Source: Anthoceros angustus
Lineage: Eukaryota > Plantae > Anthocerotophyta
Direction of reading: 5' to 3'
Assembly (NCBI GenBank): GCA_010909165.1
Contig: MU008163.1
Span: forward strand, 248,001 to 312,000
Length of the DNA stretch: 64,000 bases
In this document: one piece after another, positions 39,115 to 51,976 of the stretch
How positions within the stretch are numbered: the first letter of the stretch is position 1
Layout of the letters: each line of letters starts with the position of its first letter
Notes under the pieces: model-generated
What the model was told of the DNA's origin: nothing
Seen by the model: only the letters and a program-made list of their open reading frames with translations
The model's database searches: none
Translations under genes and position numbers: made by a program

Positions 39115-40277
39115 TCAATTTTCACTGTTGTGGTGTTGCCGTCTTATATGCAGCCTATATTTCGGTCTGCCACTTTCATATGCAATTCCCCAAGACTTCT
39201 CCCATGGATCCCCTGTTTTATTTCTTTCATCCATTAAAGCAAAGATGAACACTGGGAGGTCTCGATGTGGCCTCATCGGAGTTCCCTTTCTACTCTTCAA
39301 AAATTGCACAAGAGCTGTGTTATAATGAGCTGCATTTGCAATTGTGGCAGTTGGATGACCCTGAGTAGGCCATCCAGTTTCTGAAACCATGAGCATCATG
39401 TTCCCATATCCTATTTTAGTTAGAGCGGTTACTACCATATCGTAAGTAGCTTGAAATCCACTGGGATAAATGGCACCTGTCACATTATTACCTTCAAAAG
39501 CCCATTCAAAGGGATAATGAGCATCATTAACAACAGCATAGAAGGGATATATGTTAACTGAAAATGAACCACCATTGTGATGTAAAAACCTTACTATCTC
39601 TCTCATAAGGGGTAGTAGGCTTTCATCAAATGCAGCATTTTGAGGTGTAGTAGAGTTCTGAGATAGCACACTACCACTAAATGGAATTGTGAGCCTTATA
39701 AATCTCAAATTGTTCGATTCTAAGGCAGATTGTATATTATGAAGTCCTGTCATCAATCTTAAGTAAATATGCGGAGGAGTTTGTTGTGTAGGATCCCGAA
39801 GATCTGGCTCATTCCCTAATGCTATATGTCTGTAAACACATAAAATAAAACATTCATGCTTATCAAATATTGACAAACCACGGGAATAAATCTCATCAAC
39901 CACAAAGATGCACATTGTACTCACGTGATATTTGCTCCTCGATTCACATAAGGCAATATATTTCTCTGAACCCAAGAATGAGCAAACCTTTGGCCTGAAT
40001 CTCCTTCCATAGCTGCCAAGTCAGAATTTGTAACTCCAACAATGACTTGTAGGTTTGTATGTCGTGTAAGCTCTTCTAATATTGCATGATCTGGTTCAAA
40101 AAACTTGATACTAGTGAATCCGTACTGCTCTATCAAATGGATACCATCTCTTGCGGACAGTCGATGGGAGGATTGCATCCCCCAATTAATGCCAATACCT
40201 CGTATTTGTGGAAGGCATGGTAATATACATAGTAATAATAATATAAGGTGTAAGGACAAGAATGTCTCATATGCCAT
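39115..40277 (-). CDS. Secreted glycoside hydrolase family 17 beta-1,3-glucanase, 2 exons, 355 aa
   Basis: Exon 1 40277-39925, GT-AG intron 39924-39830, exon 2 39829-39115, joined in frame. Signal peptide, IGINWG, catalytic IALGNEP and VSETGWPTQG, GTPMRP, FALMDE. Confidence 0.93.
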
Positions 40278-41329
40278 TATGACAATGTTACCAAAACAAA
40301 ATTGCGTTCTTCAAGAAAACAAAACCCGTGTATGATTTTGTACCAAAACTTAAAAAAATAAAATTCACGAAAATGTTGAGTCCTCCAAAATGTTCTAGTC
40401 CTTCTCCTAACCGTACCTAGACTCAACACAAAGCTCTCACATCTAGCTCTCCTCTTACATCATTCACAAGCTCAATGAGTTCCAAGAGCTTGCTCTTTTA
40501 AACCTCGATCTAGATAGTTGCTAACTCAGGAATTCCATGCAACCATATATCTCTAAGAGTACCACTCTAGGAAATTCTTCTATTATAATAGTTGCAGCTT
40601 CTACCTTAGAAATTGCATGTATCCGACCGCTCTTAGTCCAAACATGCAGCTAACAAGATAACTTCCACAAGTAGCTCTTATTTTCATCCTCGCTCATTTT
40701 TTAATTTTTATTTGAGCCTATATTTTAGTGGTAAATACTTGACTTTCTATTTATAAAAGAATAATTATCATTAAAAAAACAACCTAAAAAGTGCTATCAT
40801 AGTTAACCATTGACGGTTATGGAAACCCTAAATGAATTCACCCAGCAAGACGTGCACTACGCTAGACAGCATTTCTAGTCGTTTTTCCAATTTGACTAAG
40901 GGTCGATTCACATATACTACTCGGTGAAAAACAACGTTTTCTCATTGGTCCATTATGACAACATAGTTTCACACATGTTGGGTGTTTCATGTTACATGAC
41001 ATAAGTCAATCTTACATGGCATGACGAAGGTATGAGTTTACACCCTCCCCAAAGGTTAGGTGCAAACTGACACACCTAGTCGGATGGGAAGGGTTAAACC
41101 TACTTCAATAAGTTTAAGTGGTTGGAACTAGGGCTACAAATCTAGTGACTAGGTGTTCAAAGTCACTTGGAGATTTATACCTATTCTAGAGTGCTCCCAA
41201 ACATCTTAAGTCCTCAAAATTACCTCAAAAAATATTAATTATATAAAAAATATTATATCAGAAGAACGTTACCTATATTAACTCAAAAACCCACTATACC
41301 TCAACCCTATCCCTAAAGGCATTAAATCA

Positions 41330-41915
41330 AATTTTAGTGTTCTGGTGTTGCCCTCCTACATAGAGCCTATATTTGAGTATGTCATTTTCATCTGCAACTC
41401 CCAAAGACCACTCCCATAGAGGCACAAGAAGAAAAAGTTTGTATTTTATTGAGGGAAAAAACGATGGGGAAAAATCCACCCAGCGCGGGACAATGAAGGT
41501 GGACCTTGGGAGTCAAGGACTGTACAAGAGCTCTTTTTTGTAATGAGCTGCATTCGCAATTTTGGCAATGAATAACCCTGAGTAGGCCATCCAGTTTCTA
41601 AAACCATAAGTGGTATATACCGATAACCTATTTTAGTTAAAGCAGTTACTACTATGTCATAAATTATCGTAAATACTTCAAATGCACTAGGGTAAATGGC
41701 ACTTGTCACATTATTATAGCACGCTACCACGCGCCTTATATGTCTTAAACTGATCGATCCTAAGGCAACCTCCATATTAGTAAGAGCCATCTTACATATA
41801 GCAGATGGGAGGACTGCATCCCCCAATTAACGCTAATACCTTGCATTTATGGAAGACATGGTAATTTACATAAAAATAACAATATAAGTTGTAAGAAAAC
41901 GAATCTCCCATATGC
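41330..41915 (-). pseudogene. Second GH17 copy with a large internal deletion and frameshifts
   Basis: Homologous signal-peptide/GINWG region joined almost directly to NNVTSAIYPSAF...DIVVTALTKIGY...LETGWPTQG. Flanks (41230-41340 and 41900-43540) also match those of copy 1. Confidence 0.85.
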
Positions 41916-42028
41916 AATTATGACAATAAAAGTAATTTGCGCTCTTCAAGAAAGCAAATCCCTTGTATGATATTGTACTAAGATTTAGAGAAACAAATCA
42001 ATGAAAATGTTCTAGTCCTTTTAATAAG

Positions 42029-42524
42029 ACTAACGGAAACTTTATGTAGCAAAAAGAGATAAACTCCCATCTACCCAGAAACGAAGGGGACAACCCTCAA
42101 GGGGTTACCAGGCCAAGGGGGACCAGCCCCTATGATCGCCCATTTTGAATCTACCTAATGCTCCGAGAATGCCATTGTCTGGGATATGAAAAGGCCTACC
42201 TACCACAAATGCCGAAGACTCTACGTTCCATGCGCTTCTTATCGTCTTGGGTGCTATGTTACCAGGCCAAGGGGAACCAGCCCCTATGATCGCCCATTTT
42301 GAAACTACCTAGTGCTCCGAGAATGCCATTGTCTGGGATATGAAAAGGCCTACCTACCACAAATGCCGAAGATGCTACGTTCCTTGCGCTTCTTATTGTC
42401 TTAGGTGCTACGTTCCCTGCGCTTCTTATCATCTTGGGTGCTACATTCCCTACGCTTCTTATCGTCTTGCGTGCTACGTTCCCTGCACTTCTTATCGTCT
42501 TGTACACTACGTCTTTTTAATAAG
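42029..42524. mobile_element. ~0.5-kb insertion with a 10-bp target-site duplication, made of 154-bp x2 and 33-bp x~4.5 repeats
   Basis: Absent from the copy-1 promoter (40390-40420); TTTTAATAAG at 42019-42028 and 42515-42524. Confidence 0.7.
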
Positions 42525-42879
42525 GGTACCTAGACTCAAGATAAAGTTCTCTCATCTAACTCTCCTCTTACAACTCTTCCCACATCATATACAAGCTCCA
42601 TAAGTCCCAAGAGCTCACCCTTTTAAACCCTTATCTACTTAGTTACTAATTCAAGGATTCCATGCAGTCACACATCTTTAAGAGTGCCCTTCTAGGCAAT
42701 TCTCCTATTATAGTAGTTGCAGCTTCTACATTTAAGGAATTGCATGCATGCGACTGCTCTTAGTCAAAACATGCAGCTAATAGGATAGCTTCCACAAGTA
42801 GATCTTATTTTCACCTTCCCTCATTCTTTTGATTTTTTTTTTAGCCTATTGTATTTTGGCAGTAAATACTCGACTTTCT

Positions 42880-43367
42880 GCTTTACTGTCTCTCTAGATT
42901 GGGCGGCAGAGGGATACGCGACATCCAAGGTTCACAAGTACACTCCCATGCAGGAAGGCCATGCTTTCATTCCCCTTGCTATCAAGCCAGATGGGGCCAT
43001 GGAGAAGGATTTTTCAAGGTTTATCAAGGGTTGTGCTAAAGCCTACCACATCCGTAAGAAAGAGGTAGGTCTCCTCCTATCTAGTGTGCTGATTTTCTTC
43101 TAGCATCGTGTTTCCATCGCCTTGCAAAGAACGTTGGCAAACAAATTTTTTAGGAAGACTTCAAATGCGAGAGGCACTGCATCTTTAGCTCTAGTGATAA
43201 GTAGGCCCTTCCTTATTCCAAATTATAACATCTTGGGGATGGTAGGTACCTTCAAAATAGACAATTGTGAGGGCTAGTCATTCTTGGCCTAGGGCCCTCC
43301 AGTGCGGTGTTCCCCATCCCCTTGGTGTAGATGAGACTTTCCATCTTTGCATATTTAGGGTCTTTCT
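42880..43367 (+). mobile_element. 5'-truncated non-LTR retrotransposon end with a restriction-like endonuclease tail (CRE/R2-type)
   Basis: KVHKY (KxxKY)...FIPLAI..DGA...HRVSIALQR. Absent from GH17 copy 1 and flanked by CTTTCT repeats (42874-42879, 43362-43367). Confidence 0.65.
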
Positions 43368-44619
43368 ATTTATTAAGTCTCTATTTTTCTTATAGAAAAC
43401 TATTATTATACACAAGACAACCTAAAAAGGGCTGTCACTACTAGCTACTTCCAGCCATGGAAAGGTAATGGATGTGCACGTCTATCAGACTACATTGCTA
43501 GTTGTTTCCTCAATTTGATTAAGATATCCTTCCACTTGCCAATAAAAGATTCATGTGCTTGTAGGGCCCGCTTGTGCATAGTGACTTCAAAATTGATGCT
43601 GGTATGTATGACATCATATTAGGTGTTGTTGGATAAAGTGTACAACGTATAAACCGTATTATAAACAACGTATACACCCTATTATAAACAACGTATTGCT
43701 ATTATTATCGTACTAAAATGCATTTTTTATAATATGAGTTGTACCATATATAACACAACTTGCGATCTAAAAAGATGATGAATTCTCTCTACAATGAGAC
43801 TAGTAGTGACCAAATACTTTACAAAATAATAATAATAATAATTTTTATAATAATAAAATGATCGTAAATACTTATTTTATTACCACAATATTAACAACTA
43901 TTTTTTCCATAATATTATCAACCATATATATAACTGTACTTCCATCTACAATAATCGCGTATTCTACAAGCATTTCAACCACAACGTTTGCAACCGCAAT
44001 AACCATATCTAGAACAACCCAAGTTACCCCATCCTCAACAACACTTCAAACCACAAGTTTACTAACGGGTTCAACAACGGGGGCAACAACTAGAAGAACT
44101 ACTGCGCAAGGTGTAGTGAAGCCCCACAAGCTCCTCGATGGGCATAGAGACAATACTGTGTGGGGAGAGGTGTGAAGACGGGCAATCCCAACAAACCGCA
44201 ATAAGAGCAATTCCATCCATCCAGCGGTCCATTGTTGAATTTAGTTCGCTCGCAGCAGAGACTTCGAACACCTTCCTAGTTAGCTGATGTTTCTCAAAAC
44301 GGTTTGAGGTGGCGATGCTGATAAGGTCTGCCCCCTCCGCACCTCAGCCATCGAACAGAGATTTAGAGAATTCAAAACCTCTGTGCACTCCTCCCAATTG
44401 TAGGTTGAGGCTTGGTAAAAAATCGAAGCAAACGCTCATGTAACATTGAGAAGGTAGTGGTGCGGAATTCCTCCGGCCTGACCAGCACAGCAAAGAAACC
44501 ACGCCAGCATTTAGGAGTTGGGAATCGTTTCAGAGTCGCGACCATGGAGGCCAGGGCCTCCCTGCCGGCCTGAGCCGCCCCGGCATGGACACACCACTCT
44601 CGCATAGAAGAAATTGCCA

Positions 44620-45200
44620 TCAGCTCCAGACCTCAGAGCCCGGAAAGTACTCTGCACTGCAACCCTGCTTAGGACGTCGTGAAGCTTCATCCAGGGCTGA
44701 CAGTAGCTGTTTATGTCTGCAGCTTTGGCTCCTGAAACCGTCCTGTGCGTGACACACAAGCGTTGCATGCTGAAAGGTTGTCCAAACGCTGCAAAATGGG
44801 AGCTCATATCCGGCCTCGCTCCGAGTAGGATCCCTACTCACCCCCTTCAGATAAGTGCCTGCAGCATCATCTAGACCTAGAGAATGCCTATGCTGGTCAT
44901 GAGCTGCTTTAGGAAGCCCCTTTGTTAGGATATCTGCAACTTGCTGAAGCGTGAACATACTGAAGCTGGATTAGCGCCCATCTCAGACAGCTTGCCGTGT
45001 GAAATGAAACTGAATTTCAATTTGTTTGGACCTAGCTGCAGGATTGGGTTGGCTGTCAGCGCTATCGCAGATTGGTTACCACACTGCAGCATAGAGGCTC
45101 CTAGCTGCTCCCAGCTAGGAGCAGTGGAATTCGGGTTATAATTTTCAATAACTACCTAGACATCGGTAAATAGGTGTGGACACCAGGCCAAGACTCTCGG
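44620..45200 (-). mobile_element. Ty1/copia RNase H end, PPT and start of 3' LTR
   Basis: C.NQSAIALTANP..RSKQIEIQFHFTRQAV...TLQQVADILTKGLPK, followed by GAAGGGGG and TG at 44840. Confidence 0.8.
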
Positions 45201-45650
45201 ATATTGCAAGATAGCCTTCTGTGAGCTGCGATGCTGAGCTAAGATACGAGTCTCATTTCATTCAAAACTTTGAGTCGGCTATCTATGTAGGTAGTATGTT
45301 CGCTGAGAGACCACCTCGGCCATGAGTGGCTACCACAGGGACTGGATTCCTGGCAGCCAAACATGAGTGCATTGCCATCCCGCCCCTGCTACAGGCTATT
45401 TGGCGGTTTCTCTACTTGCAGAAAGCACAAGTTCTCAAGTTTTACAGACAGATATGCTGCCGCAAACCGGACCTGCTGAGCAGCTGCATCTGCACCAGTA
45501 TATTACAACTACACGATGCACCAGTATATTACAACTACCTACTCTACAGTCTGTAATGCTTCAGCTGCACGATGCTACACAGAATACTCAGTACACTCAC
45601 AGGACTGGACGCATCCTCCAAGCCAGCTTATAGCCTGAATCCACTGTGAG

Positions 45651-46004
45651 CTAGCTCTTGGACTTGAGCAACTTATGCTTAATCCATCCAAAGCCCCAGG
45701 TCGGCTTCCGCGCGGCATCAGACCTGGCCTTGGCCCTGGCAGGCTGTGCACTGACGCTCCGACTGAGCACAGGCGCGGTAGAAGCATTAGCCGAGGCTTT
45801 CTGCGGCTTCTCCATCTTCACTTTACCAACCCTGAATTCAGGCGCCATCGGCCCTGAGGCCGGCTCCGCGTGATGATGCACCGCAGCCGCGTCATTACCT
45901 TTCGCTTGAAATATTCCGTCATCCGTGAAGGTCCAACTGTCGGCCCAGCTCAACCCGGAGGATCCCTGCCTTCGAAAGGAAATCCCTCTCTTCAGCGTGG
46001 CCAT
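45651..46004 (-). CDS. MASS-like small protein (MAPK substrate family), 117 aa
   Basis: N-terminus MATLKRGISFRRQGSSGLSWAD matches the family motif L.R..SFRRQGSSG..W.D; single intact ORF. Confidence 0.7.
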   Translation of the reverse strand: MATLKRGISFRRQGSSGLSWADSWTFTDDGIFQAKGNDAAAVHHHAEPASGPMAPEFRVGKVKMEKPQKASANASTAPVLSRSVSAQPARAKARSDAARKPTWGFGWIKHKLLKSKS

Positions 46005-49000
46005 GATAGGAACAGAAACAAACACTCCACTCGGAGCAACTATTCGCACAATCTCTCAACCTTCCTCCTCAAACGGGCCAAGAAAGATCACAACCACATA
46101 ACGCAGCTCACACTCTCAGTCACACGATCCCTTCCCCTTGCAAACGGAAGCTTCCATCACCATCTCATAAACATCCTCCCGTTCCACGCCTCCCTATCCC
46201 TCTTTCCCGCAGAAGGAATCAGGACATCGTCCTCAAGCCTGCAAGCTTCTATTCCCGTCCCCCGCACGGTTTCCTGGCCGTAAAACTGTCAAATGCATCG
46301 GCGGGCCGTGAATTGTGAAGAAGCCGCAGATTTGGAAACCGGCGATGCGAGATTGCGCGCTCCTCAGACCTAACACGCTGCCACCGCCACTGCAACTGCT
46401 GCCTTCACGACTGGCGAGCTTCACGACTCGCTGTATCGGCCATCCGCTAGCCGGGAGCTCGCAAGGGAAAGGAATGGACAAGTCTGGAGCAACACGCGAC
46501 CCGAAGCGTCTCTTACACATCACATAAGGCCGGTTGCTCACCGACTTGAGTGCAGTCACTCTCTGCACCTGACGATTAAAAAACAAAGGCATCAGTAATC
46601 GCGGCTGGGACGTCACCCCACGGCGTCGGCCGCTCGAGATGCTCTCTCGGCTTTTTAACATACGGTCTTTGACTGTGAAGGTCGGCGCCGTGTCGCATGC
46701 GGTTAGCTCTCTGTTGCAATACATATTGTAATTTTAAATATCAAGTATTAGGAGAAAATCGGTGGCCCGAGTCCCGACAGGAGCCACGTGAGGAAGGAAC
46801 AAGGAAGCCGGCATGTTGCGAAACGGCCGACGGGCACGATTCACGATTCGAGACACACATTTTTGCAAGTCGGAGAAACGGCCTGACAGGAGGAAAGCAG
46901 GGAACGTGGACCACTTCTTTCGGTGCCTGCCTCTGCAGTGTTTGGAAACACAGCACTAACTTTTGAGGAAAGTGTCAGAAACAGTTAGGGCGAAAAGCAG
47001 GAGAAGCTGGAGCAAGCATCCATTCTGGGGCAAGTGCAGAGACATGCAGTGTGTATTTCACCGTACATTTTCTGGTCTGAAGTTCTGAACTTGTATTCGG
47101 GGAACACAACACCTTGTGTGTGAATGATTCTCTGGCAGGGATTTATGGAACGTATGTACCTGATGAGAGCCTGTAGAAGATGGCTGTAGCCTGTGATCCT
47201 GCTGGAGATGCTGTGGGACGTGCTTGTTGGGTTTGGTCAGGCCGTCATTCTCGGGTTTCGCAGAGCCCGAGGTCAGGGAGGAAGGCACGAGGAAGGTGGG
47301 TTTGTCCGTGAGCGAGCCTGTGCTCATGACGGGCTGTAGTCTATATCTGTAACATGCAACATGAAACATGCAGCATGTTATGGATTTAAAATTTCAGAGC
47401 CAGGACTCTGAAGTCAAGATAGACAAAAGGAGTGTACGTACTGTGGCATGGTCTGGAGAGGATCGTGCAAGCAGAGCCACAGAGAGTGAATTCCACTCGG
47501 ATATAGCCCAGGAAACAGTGAGGATGTCATCCATCCACCAAGTCCTTGTCGAGCGAATAGGCCGCCTCCTTGTCCTTTTTAAGTGGCTAGCCTTGACTGG
47601 GCTTCACTCGCTGTCAAAGGGATAGAAGAACTGGAGTTGGAGACAAGTATGCTGGCTTACGAAACTGTTTGAGGACCTTAAACGTGGATTCTGAGTAAGT
47701 AGAGGATTTGTGTGGTGGATGGAGATGGATTGAAGGAGAGCGGGAGATTGGTGACCAGACAAGCTGCCAGTTGGTTTGTTGGTGTTCTGATGATGGGTCA
47801 CGGACACTGCTTTACCAGGATGGGGATATGGAAGCTGGAGACTTGCACTGCTGAGTAAGCCAAGCCTCCAAGGCTCCAACCTCTGAATCTGGAGTCGCTG
47901 CACATCTGCCATACTTGTTTCTTCAATTGATGCAATTTGAAGTGGACAGATCTTGTGGTCAGCTTGTCGCTCCAGATACTGGCTGACTCCTCTGCCATAG
48001 TCCCGGTCTTCCCGGCATGAGAGAGCCCTCGTGGGAAGGTGCTGCAGAGTCCTCCGCCGCTAAAGCTTGACCGCCAGCGGCCCACGGGCCACAAGCTGGA
48101 GGGTACCTACGCACGAGACGACAAAACTGGGAACACAGGGAGGGATTTGCTAGACTCCCCAGTAACCAATTCAGCAACGTCAACCATAACATAAATTGCA
48201 AGATCCTCGTTCTCGTACTTTCGTCCAATTTACCATTGTTGTTGCTGTAAGTATGTACATACTACATGCTGTAACAGCAATGGTCAAATATGTACCTGCG
48301 TAGTACAGATTGCCAAGTGCAAAGATGGTGAATGCATACAGCCATTCTCTCCTAAAGAGGGTGAATGCATATTGCTACTCAGTCCGAAAGAGGGTGACTG
48401 CGTGATGCTTCTCACTGCTGTTGGGTGCAACATCTTGGCCTCGGATAAGAGGCAACTCTGCGTTTCAATATGCACAGTAGGACAAAATCAGACTGGTTAC
48501 AAACAGTGTTACAAACCATAGACAACCAACGGATTGCCATGTGAACAATTGAAGTGCAAACTTATTAAAGTTTCACTGTCCCGGTGTGCTGCAACGTGAC
48601 TAGGAATAGGATTGTTTGTCATGTTTGTCAGACGGCACGAAGCTTTCAGGAAAAGCGGACTCCCAAAATCAGATTCTTCTGCTCCTTCCCAAAATCAGAT
48701 TCCTCTGCTCCTGCGACCCTGGTGATACAGCACCCAAAACGTGTGAATTTTGAAGAAGCAGGAGAGGACTGAACATGAGCGAAAGGGAGATAGAAAGGCC
48801 ATAAACACAGGCAACCAGCCACGTCTACCACAACACCGCCCTCCAGATACCCATGTCCAGCGACTAAACCATAGCAAGAATGACAAATCCCAGCCCATAC
48901 CAAACCAAGCCAAGCAAAGCAAAAGACTCCTTCTCCTAGCCTCGGAGGGAAGTAACAGCAACATTAAGCCGACATGCGCACGTTCAAAGCAACAACACGC

Positions 49001-49262
49001 CAGGACAAGGAAGAGGGCCACGAAGCAGGAAACACTCTTTCAGCGGTGATAACCCTGCCCGATTAGGGTCTTGCCCTTGCCTTCTCCTGCTGCTCCTTGC
49101 AATTTGAAGGCTGCAGACAATGCCAAGCATGTGGTAACGAGCCGAGAGGTTCCCTTCCCCACGGTTTTCAACTTCGTAGCAGTAGCTGGCGAGCTTGAAG
49201 CCTTAATTTGGGGTCACTTCCCGACAGCAACCCCAACCCCAAAAGACGGTTTCGTTGCTATT

Positions 49263-49975
49263 TCATAACTCATTGGAAGCTGTTGGGAAACCATCAGCGT
49301 GCGTTTGATCCGCAAGTGACACAAAATAGGGAGGAAACTGGACACAACGTGTGAAAAAATACTTGTGCTCTTCATCGTCCTGATTTATTTTCACAGAAGG
49401 CTTTCGTCTGCCACTGAGAGGACCTCCAACCGTGTCCCATTTCTCGAATTGTTTTTGCCTATATATAGCTCTCTCCTTCTCCGCATGTGTCTTGAGGTAG
49501 AACCTGTGCGGGCGTGAGACCCCCTCCTCCCACAACGGAGACTGCTCATCCTGGTCGTTAACGGGATTCTCACACGCGTAGCAGAGTCTACAGCTTCCTT
49601 GCTGATTGATGCCCATGCTCTACAGCCACCCGCTAGTCGAATACAAAGCACTCTCCTTCCCCCAGACTCTCGGACGCCGGAACTTCCTCAAGGTATTTCA
49701 GACTTTCGGACGCCGGAACTTCCTCAAGGTATTTCAGACTTTCTCCTTCCAGATGATACACCTCTTCAAAACCCTTGCTGAGCAGAAACGAGCTGGCTTT
49801 CTCACACCTAATGCCCCCTCTACCGTACATGGCTACCCGCGGAAGAGGCTCCTGCTCGTTCTCCCCCTCCCCGCCCGAGCTCCCGAGATGATCTTCCACC
49901 CAGGCAGGGAAATCCCTGAACGCCGTCGTCCTGGGATCCACCGCTCCCCTGGACTTCCCTATCTGGATCCACACT
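49263..49975 (-). pseudogene. STR7/TrhO (UPF0176) rhodanese-domain protein, 5'-truncated, intronless pseudogene
   Basis: [84 protein letters not shown]. The MYCTGG cysteine is lost, with a 33-bp duplication and a premature stop. Confidence 0.88.
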
Positions 49976-50455
49976 CTCCCCTGGGCCGAGCCTCTCAGCC
50001 TGCAAACCTACGCCCTGAAAAACGCCACAGCCAGTCTCACTGCAGAAGCCCGCAGATTCGGAAGCACCAGCTTCCCCAAGCCAGAACCGTGTTTCGCAAT
50101 GGACGGTTTCGGGGACAGGTCGACTCCCGATCTACTATTCCGAATCCGAAATGTTTGTGAACCGCTCCGGTTTTTCATAGCCACGCGCTTCTCCTCCACT
50201 GCTCCTGTGGGGCCCAAGGCAGGAAGTACGCAAAGTTCGAAGCAGAAGGGGAAAAGGAGGAGCACGAAAAGATTGGATGGGCCCGACCGCAGCCTGGATC
50301 GCGCGGGCGCCGGGATTCTGCGATGCGGTTGGCCGGCCGCGGCAGCAGGCATGGGAGATCTGCGCGGCGCTGCCAACTAGCTGCCGCTGCCCGGGAATCA
50401 CTGCATGCATTAGGGACAAGAGGAGCCCGATTGAGCTGACGAGATCGCGCTCCGG

Positions 50456-51652
50456 GTGTCTGCGCCCGTGGAGCGTTGCAAGGCGTTGCAGGAGGATGCC
50501 ACCTCCTACGGCTCGCGCCTCAGGCGAGACGCGGAATCCATCAGCCAGAACGCGCTGGCGCTGGAGTCGCAGATCAAGCTGCTGGAAGGGGAGATCAATT
50601 TGGCTACGGGCAAAGATCACATTAGCCAACAGCTCGCTGACAGGGTGAGATGGAGTTGCATGGCGCGGGTCCGGGCCCGGGCCCGGGGTCGGGATTTTGA
50701 TTTTGCCAGATCAAGCGTGATTCTGGAATTTTCTATGTTCTCATTTTTTCTGTTCGTTCGTGTGGTGTTAGCTGGAGGAGGAATTGTACAGAGGCCGGAG
50801 TATGATGTACGAGAGTGATTTTGGAGCTCTCCTCTCGCACAAGTCTAATGGTGTGTAATCTTTGGGGAATTGGAACCTCCCAAGCCTCGTGCGGGCTTCC
50901 TAGTGTTTCTTGTTGAGAAAGGCCCTGAGAGAGATTCTGCATGGCATAGCTGTCTAATTAGGCGAGTGCAGATGCTCTCCTCAGTTGTGTTCCAAACCAT
51001 GCAGTAGCGTTGCTTCTATTGGAGTTGAATTATGCTTAGAGGCAGGCTACCTTACTGTTAGGCATCGAAATACATTTCTAGCTTGGCTGTCACACTAGGA
51101 ACCCAAGGTGACGCTTGTTACTAACGGCTGGCTATTGGTGATGGGCAGGTGTATTTCTAAAGTTTGTTCTTGGTCTTGTCTGGCTAAAAGTCAAAGAAGA
51201 GTACAACATCTTCAGGGTAAGGGATTCCAAGGATTTTGGCCGTGCTGCGGCTGCCGTTATCTGTAGCTTCTGATTTTGTCAGATTCTGGTTCTCAATTCT
51301 TTTCTTGGCTCCATGAAATTCGCTGAGTTGCCTATGTCTGTCACCTCAGGATCGCACAGGGAAGTTTCTCGCCATTCCTTCTCTTGTTCCTTCTTAATCA
51401 TTCTATGTGAAACGGGTGTCTTCCTGCCCTGCCAGTGCAAGCTTATCAGGTGCTAAAGGATCTTTTTGTGCGTTACACATCTTCTGTTGTGTTTTTGTCT
51501 TATTCTTTGTCAGGGTAGGTTCTGGTTCGTCCTCTCGTAAACTGATCTCTGGGTTATGCGACCAACTGAATAGGCATGGTTGCTGTTTTTCTATACAAGT
51601 CTCGCCCTCAGGGAAAACATATTGAGAGTTAATGGTAGTGACATCCTGCAAT
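50456..51652 (+). pseudogene. TMEM120/TMPIT-family membrane protein, first five exons, degenerate
   Basis: Spliced read ...QLADR / LEEELYRGRSMMYESDFGALLSHKSN / GVFLKFVLG..LKVKEEYNIFR / DRT...*NGCLPALPVQAYQ / AWLLFFYTSLALRENILRVNGSDILQW. Exon 3 has a deletion, exon 4 a frameshift and stop; downstream exons not found. Confidence 0.85.
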
Positions 51653-51976
51653 GGTTATATGTCTGATCTATGATTTGGAGTGCTCTGTTACTGTTGAACC
51701 CGTGCTTTGGGCTGTGTATTGCTTCCAACCTTGGATGCTGTCTCAGTCCTTTGACCTGCTGTACATGTAGGTGGGCCTGCGGCCAGCCTCTTTCTGAAGA
51801 GGAATCAGAATGGCAGGCATGTCTCTTAACTATTTGCTTGCCACAGTCCTTTGCGCTCCTATTGTGACAGTGCGCAAACAAGTGCGCGCACCAGGAAATA
51901 TACTTGTGTTGTTTGAAATTGAAAGACCAGCTTTGTGATTCTGACGGAATCACAAACTGCGTCTGGGTAGAAAGGG

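Noticed and set aside
43858-44175. Thr-rich mucin-like ORF
   Set aside because: Low-complexity ACA-rich DNA with no signal peptide or known domain; cannot be supported as a gene.
46700-48230. Possible spliced minus-strand gene with an RRYPPACGP motif reminiscent of SUVH N-termini
   Set aside because: Only one short motif, stops in frame, and no SRA or SET domain nearby.
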